Shown here one piece after another: positions 18,853-28,002 of a stretch of DNA of 34,847 nt (position 1 is its first letter; each line of letters opens with the position of its first letter). The notes under the pieces were generated by a model, which did not search any database, was not told the origin of the DNA, and saw only the letters and a program-made list of their open reading frames with translations. Source of the DNA: Alteromonadales bacterium (GTDB lineage: Bacteria > Pseudomonadota > Gammaproteobacteria > Enterobacterales > GCA-2746155); NCBI GenBank assembly GCA_964228485.1, contig CAXRAF010000072.1, positions 1-34,847 of the forward strand, read 5' to 3'. A program made the position numbers and the translations under genes.

Positions 18853-19309
18853 TGACTCAGGCAGACGTGAATTATACAGAGACCCCAGCCGTGCCAAGAT
18901 AAGTGGTGTCTGTGCTGGTATCTCTGACTACTTCGATCTTGAAGTCTGGGTGGTACGAATCATTGCAGTCAGTGCATTATTATTGTTTCAGGTAATGCCG
19001 GTGTTGTTCGCCTATGGTATTGCCCATCTGATATTAGAGCCGAAGCCAGGTGCAACGCGCAAAAGACATGGCACCAAAGCGCGCAGCAATGGTTATAAAA
19101 AGAGTTCCTCACATGGTACCAGTACTGCAGATGATGCGACGCCGGAAAAAGCCACGGTTCAGCAAATCTGGAAAAAAGGTGGCATACCCACTCAAACCAT
19201 CCGTAAAGTGAGCCAACGATTCAAAGATTTAGATTCACGGCTACAGAATATGGAGACTTATGTCACCTCTCGACAATTCCAATTACGGCGAGAATTTAAC
19301 GACCTGTAA
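18842..19309 (+). CDS. pspC: Phage shock protein C
   Basis: LYRDPSRAKISGVCAGISDYF PspC domain, C-terminal METYVTSRQFQLRREF; ATG 18842 overlaps the pspB end. Confidence 0.93.
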   Translation: MSSNDSGRRELYRDPSRAKISGVCAGISDYFDLEVWVVRIIAVSALLLFQVMPVLFAYGIAHLILEPKPGATRKRHGTKARSNGYKKSSSHGTSTADDATPEKATVQQIWKKGGIPTQTIRKVSQRFKDLDSRLQNMETYVTSRQFQLRREFNDL

Positions 19310-19324
19310 TCCGCTCTTAACAAG

Positions 19325-19355
19325 AAACCCGGTTATCAAATAATCGGGTTTTTTT
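19325..19355 (+). terminator. Intrinsic terminator after pspC
   Basis: AAACCCGGTTAT-caa-ATAATCGGGTTT plus T run. Confidence 0.85.
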
Positions 19356-19590
19356 GTGAATTCGTTTAATCTTTAAACAACTTTCCACAAAATTAAATGT
19401 AAATATTCCTAAACACCTTGATATCTGCACTATATTGCGTTGACTCACCATACTGAGACGTTTATGATTCCTGTTCGTGTAAAATGATGACGAGACTATT
19501 GTGTGCGTGACGCATCACTTCCGGCATCAATTAATTAAAAATAACTCCTAATCAAGGATCCTACGATTCAACTAGATATCAGGAATTAAA

Positions 19591-20364
19591 ATGTCTAAGC
19601 CAAAAACTTTAAAACCTATATTTGCTTGCCTAACCGGTGCAGTTCTGGTGTTTGGTGCTGCTAGTTCGCTAGCCGGCCCACTAGAAACCTCCATCGCGAT
19701 AGAGCAGGAAATGAACAAAGCCTCACAGGCAACGCAAAGAACTGTTGATACCTTAGCAGACCAAACACTCGATATGGCGCAAACATATCAGCTAACACTG
19801 CAAAGTATTGATAGTATCAAGCGCTACAACCGCTCTATTGAGGGATACATAAGCCGCCAAGAAGCCGAGATGGATTCAATCCAGACTCAGATGGACGGTA
19901 TCGATGCCACTGAGCGCGCTGTCATTCCAATGATGGAAGACATGATCGAAACCCTCGATCAATTCGTAGCCATGGATATGCCATTCCTGAAGGAAGAGCG
20001 TACTGAGCGTGTTAAATTTCTCAGTGAAATGATGTTACGTGCAGACGTATCTAACTCTGAGAAGTATCGCAAGATTTTAGAAGCCTACCAGGTGGAAAAT
20101 GACTACGGTACATCAGTAGGTGCCTATGAAGGTACACTCGAAGGAGAAGACAAGACAGTTGACTTCCTACGCGTAGGACGAGTCGCTTTAGTATGGCAGT
20201 CTCGTGATGAGCAATCACGCGCTTACTGGGACAACACTTCACGTTCATGGGTTCCACTAGGTGACGAATATCGCAAGTCAATTAGTGAAGGAATCAAGAT
20301 GGCACGTGGTCAAGCAAATCTTGATCTGGTCAAGTTACCAATTCAAGCTGCGTCGGCGAGGTAA
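19591..20364 (+). CDS. DUF3450-family periplasmic coiled-coil protein (TtpB-like)
   Basis: Signal peptide; DMPFLKEERTER, SEKYRKILEAYQVENDYG, VDFLRVGRVAL; first gene of the TonB2-type cluster. Confidence 0.85.
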   Translation: MSKPKTLKPIFACLTGAVLVFGAASSLAGPLETSIAIEQEMNKASQATQRTVDTLADQTLDMAQTYQLTLQSIDSIKRYNRSIEGYISRQEAEMDSIQTQMDGIDATERAVIPMMEDMIETLDQFVAMDMPFLKEERTERVKFLSEMMLRADVSNSEKYRKILEAYQVENDYGTSVGAYEGTLEGEDKTVDFLRVGRVALVWQSRDEQSRAYWDNTSRSWVPLGDEYRKSISEGIKMARGQANLDLVKLPIQAASAR

Positions 20365-20369
20365 TAACA

Positions 20370-21737
20370 ATGAAAAAGATGATTAAATTATTAGTCGCCG
20401 GTGTTGCCACGCTAGGTTTGACATTCGCAGTCTCTGCACAAGAGACAGAAAGCCAGATTTCACAAGCAGCAACGCTTGATGAATTATTAGAAATCGTAAA
20501 GAAAGCACGTACCGCTGAAAGCGCCCTTAACAAGCGTCGTATCGCAGAGTTCCGCTCTGCACGTGATCAGCAGAAGCGCCTTTTGGACAACGCCATTGCT
20601 GAAGAGAAGCGTCTGCAGCGTCGCACAGAGCAGCTTAAGGCTCAGTTTGATGCTAACGAGCAGAAAATCGCAGAAATGGAAGAGCAGCTTAAAATTAAGT
20701 CAGCTAACCTCGGCGAGATGTTCGGTGTTGTACGTCAGGTGTCACTCGATACTTCTTCACGCCTAATTAACTCAATTGTATCGGCACAGTATCCTGGTCG
20801 TGAGCAATTCCCTGATGAGTTGGGTGCTCGTAAAGAACTACCAACAATCAAAGAACTGCAACAATTGTGGGTAACACTACAAACAGAAATGACTGAAACA
20901 GGCAAGATTGTCTCGTTCACTGGTGACGTAATCATGGGTGATGGTAGCAAGCAGTCAAAGTCAGTTACTCGTGTTGGTGCATTCAACCTTCTGACCGATG
21001 GTGGTTACGTTGTTTACAACCCAGAAATTGGTGCAATGCAAGAATTAGTGCGTCAGCCTGATGCCGAATATACCGAAACTGTGGGTGGTTATTTGGCTGC
21101 CGGAACAGGTGTATCTGTACTTGCTGTTGACCCATCTCGTGGTTCATTACTACGCCTGTTCACACAGAAGATGACGAACGAAGAGCGTTATCATCAGGGT
21201 GGTATAGTTGGTTATGTAATTACCGGTCTATTCTTCTTCGGTCTGCTTATCGTACTCGAGCGTCTAATCACGTTGACAATGCTTGGAGGAAAGATCAGAA
21301 AGCAGGCGAAAAATTCTACACCTGGTAACAACCCACTGGGTCGAATTATGGCCGTGTATCAAGCCAACAAAGATCTGAGCACAGATGACCTGGAACTCAA
21401 GCTAGACGAGGCTGTGCTTAAAGAAACACCTAAGATTGAACGCGGTGTTAACATCATCAAAGTACTTGCCGCAGTATCGCCATTATTGGGTCTGTTAGGT
21501 ACGGTTACTGGTATGATCGCAACCTTCCAGTCAATCACGCTATTTGGTACGGGTGATCCGAAGCTAATGGCTGGTGGTATTTCGACCGCATTGATGACAA
21601 CTGTATTAGGTCTTATTTCAGCGATTCCGCTAATCTTCCTGCACGCGATTGTGGCAGGCAAATCCAAGTCTATGGTGCACCTGCTTGAAGAGCAGAGCAC
21701 AGGCTTACTGGCTGAACACGCAGAAAAAGGAGCCTAA
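20370..21737 (+). CDS. Long MotA/TolQ/ExbB-family protein with periplasmic N-domain (TtpC-like)
   Basis: Signal peptide, coiled coil, RVGAFNL, DPSRG, then SPLLGLLGTVTGMI and GDPKLMAGGISTAL. Confidence 0.9.
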   Translation: MKKMIKLLVAGVATLGLTFAVSAQETESQISQAATLDELLEIVKKARTAESALNKRRIAEFRSARDQQKRLLDNAIAEEKRLQRRTEQLKAQFDANEQKIAEMEEQLKIKSANLGEMFGVVRQVSLDTSSRLINSIVSAQYPGREQFPDELGARKELPTIKELQQLWVTLQTEMTETGKIVSFTGDVIMGDGSKQSKSVTRVGAFNLLTDGGYVVYNPEIGAMQELVRQPDAEYTETVGGYLAAGTGVSVLAVDPSRGSLLRLFTQKMTNEERYHQGGIVGYVITGLFFFGLLIVLERLITLTMLGGKIRKQAKNSTPGNNPLGRIMAVYQANKDLSTDDLELKLDEAVLKETPKIERGVNIIKVLAAVSPLLGLLGTVTGMIATFQSITLFGTGDPKLMAGGISTALMTTVLGLISAIPLIFLHAIVAGKSKSMVHLLEEQSTGLLAEHAEKGA

Positions 21738-21740
21738 TCA

Positions 21741-22277
21741 ATGCTCTATCAGATCGAAGAGCTATTTGATATCGTAGACAACTTTATGGGAACTGGTGGT
21801 GATGTGTTATACATCATCGCCATTGTCCTGGTTATCATGTGGACTTTGATTATCGAGCGTTTTTGGTATCTTCATATAACCTTCCCTCGTGAGTCACGCA
21901 ACCTGGTTGCCCGATGGACTGCACGAGATGACATATCCTCATGGCATGCTGTACAAATCAGACAAGCCTGGATTGCTCAAGCAAAGGAACGGTTACAAAG
22001 ATATCTGTTGTTGATTAAGACGCTTGTATCAATCTGTCCAATGGTTGGCTTATTAGGTACTGTGACAGGAATGATTACAGTATTCGAGACAATGGCAACC
22101 CATGGTACAGGTAACCCAAGATTAATGGCGTCAGGTATTTCCATGGCGACTATTCCAACAATGGCTGGAATGGTTGCGGCATTATCCGGACTGTTTGTCT
22201 CTACTCGTTTAGAAGCAAGCGCTCGTGATAAAGCTGATCACCTGGCAGACCGTATGCCGCGCAGTTTCTCAAATTAA
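21741..22277 (+). CDS. exbB: ExbB (MotA/TolQ/ExbB proton channel)
   Basis: CPMVGLLGTVTGMI, MASGISMATIPTMAG. Confidence 0.88.
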   Translation: MLYQIEELFDIVDNFMGTGGDVLYIIAIVLVIMWTLIIERFWYLHITFPRESRNLVARWTARDDISSWHAVQIRQAWIAQAKERLQRYLLLIKTLVSICPMVGLLGTVTGMITVFETMATHGTGNPRLMASGISMATIPTMAGMVAALSGLFVSTRLEASARDKADHLADRMPRSFSN

Positions 22278-22303
22278 GCTGCGCTCAAAAGTTGAGATAG
22301 CAA

Positions 22304-22702
22304 ATGGCTAGACAAAGACAAAAAGAACAGGAAGCAGAAATAGACATGACGCCCATGTTGGACGTCGTGTTTATCATGCTGATTTTCTTCATTGTAACAA
22401 CTTCGTTTGTGAAGGAAGCCGGCGTGAATGTTGATAAACCTTTCGCACCCACTGCTTATAAGAAGAAAAACGCCAGTGTGTTCATCGCGATTAAGGATGA
22501 CGACACCATTTGGATGTCAAAGAAAGAAGTTGACATCAAAAACCTTCGTGGTTTGATTGAAGAGATTCGTTTGGAGAGTCCTGAAGGGCAGGTAGTAATA
22601 CAGGCCGACAAACGAGCTAAATCAGGCATATTGCTTAAAGCAATAGACGCGGTCAAGGCAGCTGGTGTCAAAGACGTATCCATAGCAGCAGACGTGGAGT
22701 AA
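22304..22702 (+). CDS. exbD: ExbD/TolR biopolymer transport protein
   Basis: IDMTPMLDVVFIMLIFFIVT, VVIQAD. Confidence 0.92.
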   Translation: MARQRQKEQEAEIDMTPMLDVVFIMLIFFIVTTSFVKEAGVNVDKPFAPTAYKKKNASVFIAIKDDDTIWMSKKEVDIKNLRGLIEEIRLESPEGQVVIQADKRAKSGILLKAIDAVKAAGVKDVSIAADVE

Positions 22703-22704
22703 TT

Positions 22705-23322
22705 ATGAAGAGATTATTTTCAGGACTAGTAATAGGTGGTTCAGTCACCTTTCTACTCTTTGTCTTCATGGCTTTTCTCGTGCAAATCAAAGCCGAGTTC
22801 AAGCCTGCAGAAGAGTATATTCAGGTAGACCTGGGCAACGTAAAGCCAGAATCTGCACTGGAGAGCAAGAAGCGTACACCACCGAAAAAGCCGCCACCAC
22901 CGAAAAAGCCGCCACCACCAGAAAAAATGATCGTTCAGGATGATAACAAAGTTGTTAATAACCTAAACTTTCAAATGGGTTCACTCGGCATTGATCTTAA
23001 GGGTGATGGTCCATTCTTAGGCAAGGGTGGAGCAATGAATGACGGCGAAGCCATCCCACTTATGATCACTGAGCCTCGATGGCCAAGAAAAGCACTTATG
23101 GAAGGTATCGAGGGATACGTTCGTCTGTGCTTTGACATTCAGCCAGATGGAAAGGCGACCGATGTGAAAGTGATTGACTCGAACCCTAGACGCTTGTTCG
23201 ACCGCACTGCACAGCGTGCAGTATACAAGTGGAAGTTTAAGCCGCAGGTAGTTGACGGTGTTGCTGTTTTACAGACCAACATGTGTTACACCATGGAATT
23301 CAAGTTGGAGGCTGCCTCCTAA
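22705..23322 (+). CDS. tonB: Short TonB energy transducer (TonB2 type)
   Basis: N-terminal TM, Pro/Lys linker, CTD P-x-WP...EGYV...F...DG...FD...KWKFKP. Confidence 0.9.
   Translation: MKRLFSGLVIGGSVTFLLFVFMAFLVQIKAEFKPAEEYIQVDLGNVKPESALESKKRTPPKKPPPPKKPPPPEKMIVQDDNKVVNNLNFQMGSLGIDLKGDGPFLGKGGAMNDGEAIPLMITEPRWPRKALMEGIEGYVRLCFDIQPDGKATDVKVIDSNPRRLFDRTAQRAVYKWKFKPQVVDGVAVLQTNMCYTMEFKLEAAS
22877..22919 (+). repeat. 18-bp perfect tandem repeat (about 2.4 copies) in the TonB linker
   Basis: CACCACCGAAAAAGCCGC x2 plus CACCACC; encodes PPKKPP repeats. Confidence 0.85.
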
Positions 23323-24701
23323 TGAAGTTGACTAAAAACACAATTTTAGGTGCCACTGCTGCACTGGCTGCAGTCATCTCAGCACCTATCCTCGCACAAG
23401 AGGGTGATGCAGCGGCCAATCAGCCACCACCTCCGCCGCCACCTCCGCCGTTTATCAAGGCGCCAGTGGAAGACACGCGGTATACTAAAGACTGTCGCGA
23501 ACTTGGCCTTAAGGAAACTCCGAAAGGTGAAGAAAAGCGACGCACATACGCGTTAGACCCAGCTAACTTCAGACGCTTGGAGAAAGCGAATGAGGCGATG
23601 ACCAACGAACTCTGGGATGAAGCGCTTGTTCATCTAAAGGAGCTTGAGGAAAGAGCCAAAGATAGCCGTCAGTATGATTTGGCAAAGGCTCGTGAATACC
23701 TTGGTTATGTGTATTTGTCGAAGAATGACTATGACAAAGCCATTGGGTATTTCAGGCAGGTGATTGATGCCAAAATCCTTCCGGTTCGTAACGAGCAAAG
23801 TCTTATCAGAAACGTGGCCGGTTTGTACTTGGCGATCGATCCACCGCAACCAGAGCGTGCGATGGGGATCATCAGCGATTGGTTCAAAACAGCGGTAAAG
23901 CCAAAGCCATCAGACTATGTATTACTCGGTCAGGCTGCTGCTCTAGGTAAAATGTACGATAAGGTGATTTGTCCGATTCGTATTGCTATCAACCTAGAAG
24001 AGCGACCAAAGTCCAGCTGGTTCGATATTCTGGTTGCTGCACACTTCGAGTTACAAGACTTCGATGGCGCTGCTAAGATTGCCAAAGAGCGCTTACTGTC
24101 GTATCCGAGAGAAGCTAAGTACTGGCGTCAACTCTCTGGTTTATATAATAAACTAGAGCGAATGGACGAATCACTGATCATTCTCGAGTTAGCGAAGAAG
24201 CAAGGCTATCTGACCAAAGGTACTGAACTCAAGAATCTGTCGAGCATGTATTCATTGGGTGACTTGTACTTCAAGGCCGCTAATGTGATGCAAGATGCAC
24301 TCGACAGTGGCGTCTTAGAGGGTGACGAGAAAGTTTGGAAACAGGCTGCTGTCAGTTGGCAGTTATCGCGTGAGAATAAGAAAGCCGTCGCAGCATTCAC
24401 AAAAGCCGGAGATTTTGTCGATCACGGTTTGAATGAATTGAGAATCGGTACTATCCTTTCAGAAGAAGAAGAATGGTCTGAGGCTGCGAAATTCTTCCGT
24501 AAAGCCCTTTCTAAGGGTGGACTGAAGAACAGTGAAGAAGGTCGCGCACACATGAGCTTGGGTATTGCACTGTTCAATGCCGGTGAGCCAAATGAGGCGA
24601 TTAAAGCACTTCAGAAAGCACAGGATTACAGAGCTGTGCGACGTAGTGCGAGTCAGTGGATTAACTATGTTCGTGATGCAATAAAGGTTGCGAATAGTTA
24701 A
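23322..24701 (+). CDS. Exported tetratricopeptide-repeat protein (TtpD-like) with an N-terminal poly-proline tract
   Basis: ATG at 23322 overlaps the tonB stop (TAATG); signal peptide ending ILA-QE; multiple TPR helices; YWRQLSGLY. Confidence 0.85.
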   Translation: MKLTKNTILGATAALAAVISAPILAQEGDAAANQPPPPPPPPPFIKAPVEDTRYTKDCRELGLKETPKGEEKRRTYALDPANFRRLEKANEAMTNELWDEALVHLKELEERAKDSRQYDLAKAREYLGYVYLSKNDYDKAIGYFRQVIDAKILPVRNEQSLIRNVAGLYLAIDPPQPERAMGIISDWFKTAVKPKPSDYVLLGQAAALGKMYDKVICPIRIAINLEERPKSSWFDILVAAHFELQDFDGAAKIAKERLLSYPREAKYWRQLSGLYNKLERMDESLIILELAKKQGYLTKGTELKNLSSMYSLGDLYFKAANVMQDALDSGVLEGDEKVWKQAAVSWQLSRENKKAVAAFTKAGDFVDHGLNELRIGTILSEEEEWSEAAKFFRKALSKGGLKNSEEGRAHMSLGIALFNAGEPNEAIKALQKAQDYRAVRRSASQWINYVRDAIKVANS

Positions 24702-24725
24702 AACTCGATAAAACTCGTTCAAATC

Positions 24726-24757
24726 AGGCCTTCATAGTTCGCTGTGAAGGCCTTTTT
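24726..24757 (+). terminator. Intrinsic terminator after the TonB cluster
   Basis: AGGCCTTCATAG-ttc-CTGTGAAGGCCT type stem followed by TTTT. Confidence 0.85.
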
Positions 24758-24800
24758 CGTTGCAGGGGCTCAATAATTAACCAATAAAAGAAGTAGAGCA

Positions 24801-26261
24801 ATGTTAAAGAGACCCGAAACGCTGGACGACTGGGTTGATTATCTGGCTGCAGAAGAGTTTCCGGTATTATCTGAAACCATGAGTCGATTGGGCAGCTTAG
24901 ATGATTTTGTCACGGACTTTCCATCCGAGATGTCATCAATTATTTTGCAGGACCCAAATATGACTGCCCGGGTGCTGAAAATGGCCAATAGTGCCTACTA
25001 TAATTTAACCGGTACTAAGATCAGTACCGTCAGCCGTGCTGTGATGTTCTTGGGCTATGACACCATACGCTCAATCTGCTTATCATCAGGTGTATTCCAA
25101 CAACTCCTCAAGAAAGATCCCTCTGATCGCTTATTACTTGGTATCTCAAGCTCATTTCAGGCAGCTGTGCAATCACAGGAGTTTGCTAAGCTTCGCAAAG
25201 ACAAAAGTCCTGAAGAAATGTTCATCAGTTCGATGTTGTTTCATATGGGCGAAATGGCGTTCTGGACTTTTGGTGGCACTGCAGCGAGAGAAATTAACGA
25301 ATTGATGGCCGAGGGGTTTACTCAGATAGAAGCACAGGAAGAGGTGCTTGGATTTCGCTTATCTCAACTAACCTATGGCCTTGCCGAACGATGGGGTATG
25401 AGCCGAGTATTACTGAATGCTCTACAGCGAAAGGATACGCCGGATTCTGATAGCCGAAACATTATTCTGAGTCATCGGTTATTAAATACGGCATCTGAGG
25501 GCTGGGGTAATCCCCGAACTAAAAAAGTGATCCGTCAACTCAGTACCTACACGAGTACTGATATTGAAGAGACACGTAGAGCCATCACCAAAAGCGCAGA
25601 GCAAACGGTGGAAGTGCTGAAAGGGCATGGCTTTAACCAGTTAATTGCTAATCTGAATTTTCCGCCAGGAACTTCGATTGATACGTCTGAATATGAATCA
25701 TCACGTGTACGTATCGTTAAAAAGCGTAAGAAGAATGAACTCAAGAAACCTGATCAAGACGCGATTGATAACATCATGGCTGAGCTTGAGTATCTCGAGA
25801 ATGAGGACATTGAACTGGATATCAACTTCGTCTTGCAGCTAGTCCTCGAAGGATTACATCGCGGTGTAGCCATGGACAGAGCGATGTTTGCATTGATCGA
25901 TGGTGGCAAGAAATTAGTCGGCAAATACGCTGTTCAGGATCGCACTACCACCATTACTGAGGATTTCAGTTTTACCTTAGAGGCAACGCCACTGTTTCAG
26001 AATGTCATTAAAGACAAAGCCTCAATTTGGTCGAAAAAGTCTGTCAGAGGACCGATGGCCAATGAATTACTCGCTAAATTTCAGGTCATGTTAGGCACGA
26101 GTGACTTCCTGGCAGGGCCGTTGATGGTTCAAGGTCGTCCGATAGGCATGTATTACGCCGATAGACAAATTACACTACAGAAGCTCACATTGAACGATTT
26201 TAAGGCGTTCCAACTGGTAGTTAATCGCGCAAATTCAATTCTGGAAGATTTTGGCAGTTAG
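24801..26261 (+). CDS. HDOD-domain signalling protein with a C-terminal GAF-like domain
   Basis: FPVLS, ILQDPNMTARVLKMANSAYY, TVSRAVMFLG, LAERWG; C-terminal GPLMVQGRPIGMYYADR. Confidence 0.85.
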   Translation: MLKRPETLDDWVDYLAAEEFPVLSETMSRLGSLDDFVTDFPSEMSSIILQDPNMTARVLKMANSAYYNLTGTKISTVSRAVMFLGYDTIRSICLSSGVFQQLLKKDPSDRLLLGISSSFQAAVQSQEFAKLRKDKSPEEMFISSMLFHMGEMAFWTFGGTAAREINELMAEGFTQIEAQEEVLGFRLSQLTYGLAERWGMSRVLLNALQRKDTPDSDSRNIILSHRLLNTASEGWGNPRTKKVIRQLSTYTSTDIEETRRAITKSAEQTVEVLKGHGFNQLIANLNFPPGTSIDTSEYESSRVRIVKKRKKNELKKPDQDAIDNIMAELEYLENEDIELDINFVLQLVLEGLHRGVAMDRAMFALIDGGKKLVGKYAVQDRTTTITEDFSFTLEATPLFQNVIKDKASIWSKKSVRGPMANELLAKFQVMLGTSDFLAGPLMVQGRPIGMYYADRQITLQKLTLNDFKAFQLVVNRANSILEDFGS

Positions 26262-26281
26262 TTAGGCTGTTATGTCAGTGT

Positions 26282-27934
26282 CTAATTACCTGATTGGTTG
26301 GTAATATCGACATAGAGTTGTAAGCGGTCACCGGGTTGAAGGTATTTGCGTTGGCTTATGCTCTTATTCCATCGCTTCAGATCATTCATTGATACCGCGA
26401 ACTTTGAGGAGATCCGAGCCAAGCTATCGCCTCGTCTGACACGATAATAAATTTTCCGCAGTCGAGTCTGTTGATCCAATGCCACATTACTGGCCGGAAC
26501 TGAAGCTGTCACCGGTGTTTTTGTCCAGATAACCAGTTTAGTGCCAACCTTAAGCGGATCCGTCGGTGCCATACCATTCCACTTGGCGAGGGTACGGTGG
26601 TGCACACCATAGCGACGAGAAATCTCCCAGAAGCTATCACCGGGCTTCACTACATAGGTTTGTTTAGTGCCACTGCGTTGGGTATTTTGCTTACTGGCTA
26701 GACGTCTGTCTGCACTCAGAATGTATGAGTTCTCTGACTGGCTTGACGTTGGAATTAACAGTGTTTTGCCAGCGCGTATACCCGTTCCGCTAATACGATT
26801 AACTGAGCGTAAGGTGGCTACTGTCGTGTTGTGCTTTGCCGCAATTGTACTAAGGGTGTCGCCATTGCGAATGGTGTATCGCAACCACCTGACACGCTCA
26901 TCGGGTGTGGTCGCGGCCAGAGCTAGCTCGAATTGCGCGACTTTCTGTAGCGGCAAGATTAAATAGTGAGGTCCTTTGGGCGCTGTAGACCAACGATTAA
27001 ATCCCGGGTTGTAGCGATAAATCTCCTCAATACTCATCCCCGCCATATCAGCAGCTAGCGCCAAGTCCAATTGGCTACCGATATCGACTTTAGCAATTGC
27101 CGGCTGGTTGGCAATAGGTTTCCAGTTGAGTGCAAATTCGTCATCGCGTTTCAGTAAATCAGCCAGCGCCAGTAACTTAGGCACATAGGCTTTGGTTTCC
27201 TTAGGTAATCTCAGGTTCCAAAAATCGGTCGGCTTGTTACGCTTTTTATTGTTGCGAATGGCGCGGCGGACATTTCCTTCTCCTGAGTTATAAGCCGCGA
27301 GCGCATGTAACCAATCGCCGTTGAATAATTTATGTAAATACTCAAGATAATCGAGTGCAGCAAAGGTAGAAGCATAGACATCGCGACGTCCGTCATACCA
27401 CCAGTTTTGTTCTAGTTTAAAGCGTTTACCCGTCCCCGGGATGAATTGCCACATCCCAGATGCGCGACCATGCGAGTATGCAAATGGGTCAAAAGCACTT
27501 TCAACAATGGGTAATAACGCAAGCTCCATTGGCATATTTCGCTTATCGATTTCCTCGACAATGAAATATAAAAATGGCTCGGCACGATCGGCGACTCGAT
27601 TAAGGTATGACTGATGTTTGGCATACCAGTCGCGCTGGGTCGTAACTCGTCGTATCTGAGGAACATCGATGGTTAAACCCTCGGCAATTCTTAGCCAGAT
27701 ATTATTATCAATTTGGCGATCTTGTAATTCGACATCCCATTCAGCTGGGTGAGAAATATCTGCGCGGTTGATCAACAGTGGCAGATAAACAGGTTCAGTG
27801 ATAGCCGCAGTGGATGCGAGGTTTTCTTTATCGAGAGTGAATGACTCTGAGGGTTCAATACTGGCCGTTGTTTGACATGCAACGACATAAAGTAGGGATA
27901 GGGATGATATGATGAGTTTTCCAGCTTGCTTCAC
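26282..27934 (-). CDS. mltD: Membrane-bound lytic murein transglycosylase D (SLT domain plus 3 LysM)
   Basis: Lipobox VVAC, LPIVESAF (catalytic Glu), GMWQF, AAYNSGEG, three LysM repeats. Confidence 0.95.
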   Translation of the reverse strand: MKQAGKLIISSLSLLYVVACQTTASIEPSESFTLDKENLASTAAITEPVYLPLLINRADISHPAEWDVELQDRQIDNNIWLRIAEGLTIDVPQIRRVTTQRDWYAKHQSYLNRVADRAEPFLYFIVEEIDKRNMPMELALLPIVESAFDPFAYSHGRASGMWQFIPGTGKRFKLEQNWWYDGRRDVYASTFAALDYLEYLHKLFNGDWLHALAAYNSGEGNVRRAIRNNKKRNKPTDFWNLRLPKETKAYVPKLLALADLLKRDDEFALNWKPIANQPAIAKVDIGSQLDLALAADMAGMSIEEIYRYNPGFNRWSTAPKGPHYLILPLQKVAQFELALAATTPDERVRWLRYTIRNGDTLSTIAAKHNTTVATLRSVNRISGTGIRAGKTLLIPTSSQSENSYILSADRRLASKQNTQRSGTKQTYVVKPGDSFWEISRRYGVHHRTLAKWNGMAPTDPLKVGTKLVIWTKTPVTASVPASNVALDQQTRLRKIYYRVRRGDSLARISSKFAVSMNDLKRWNKSISQRKYLQPGDRLQLYVDITNQSGN

Positions 27935-28002
27935 AAATTATCCTGTTCTAATAACAACTCAGAGTTAAAACGATTTGACCACGATGACGACTGTCGGTTC
28001 CA

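Noticed and set aside
19478-19520. Fur box or CRP site upstream of the TonB cluster (AAAATGATGACGAGACTATT; TGCGTGACGCA dyad)
   Set aside because: Weak match to the Fur 19-mer and wrong half-site or spacing for CRP
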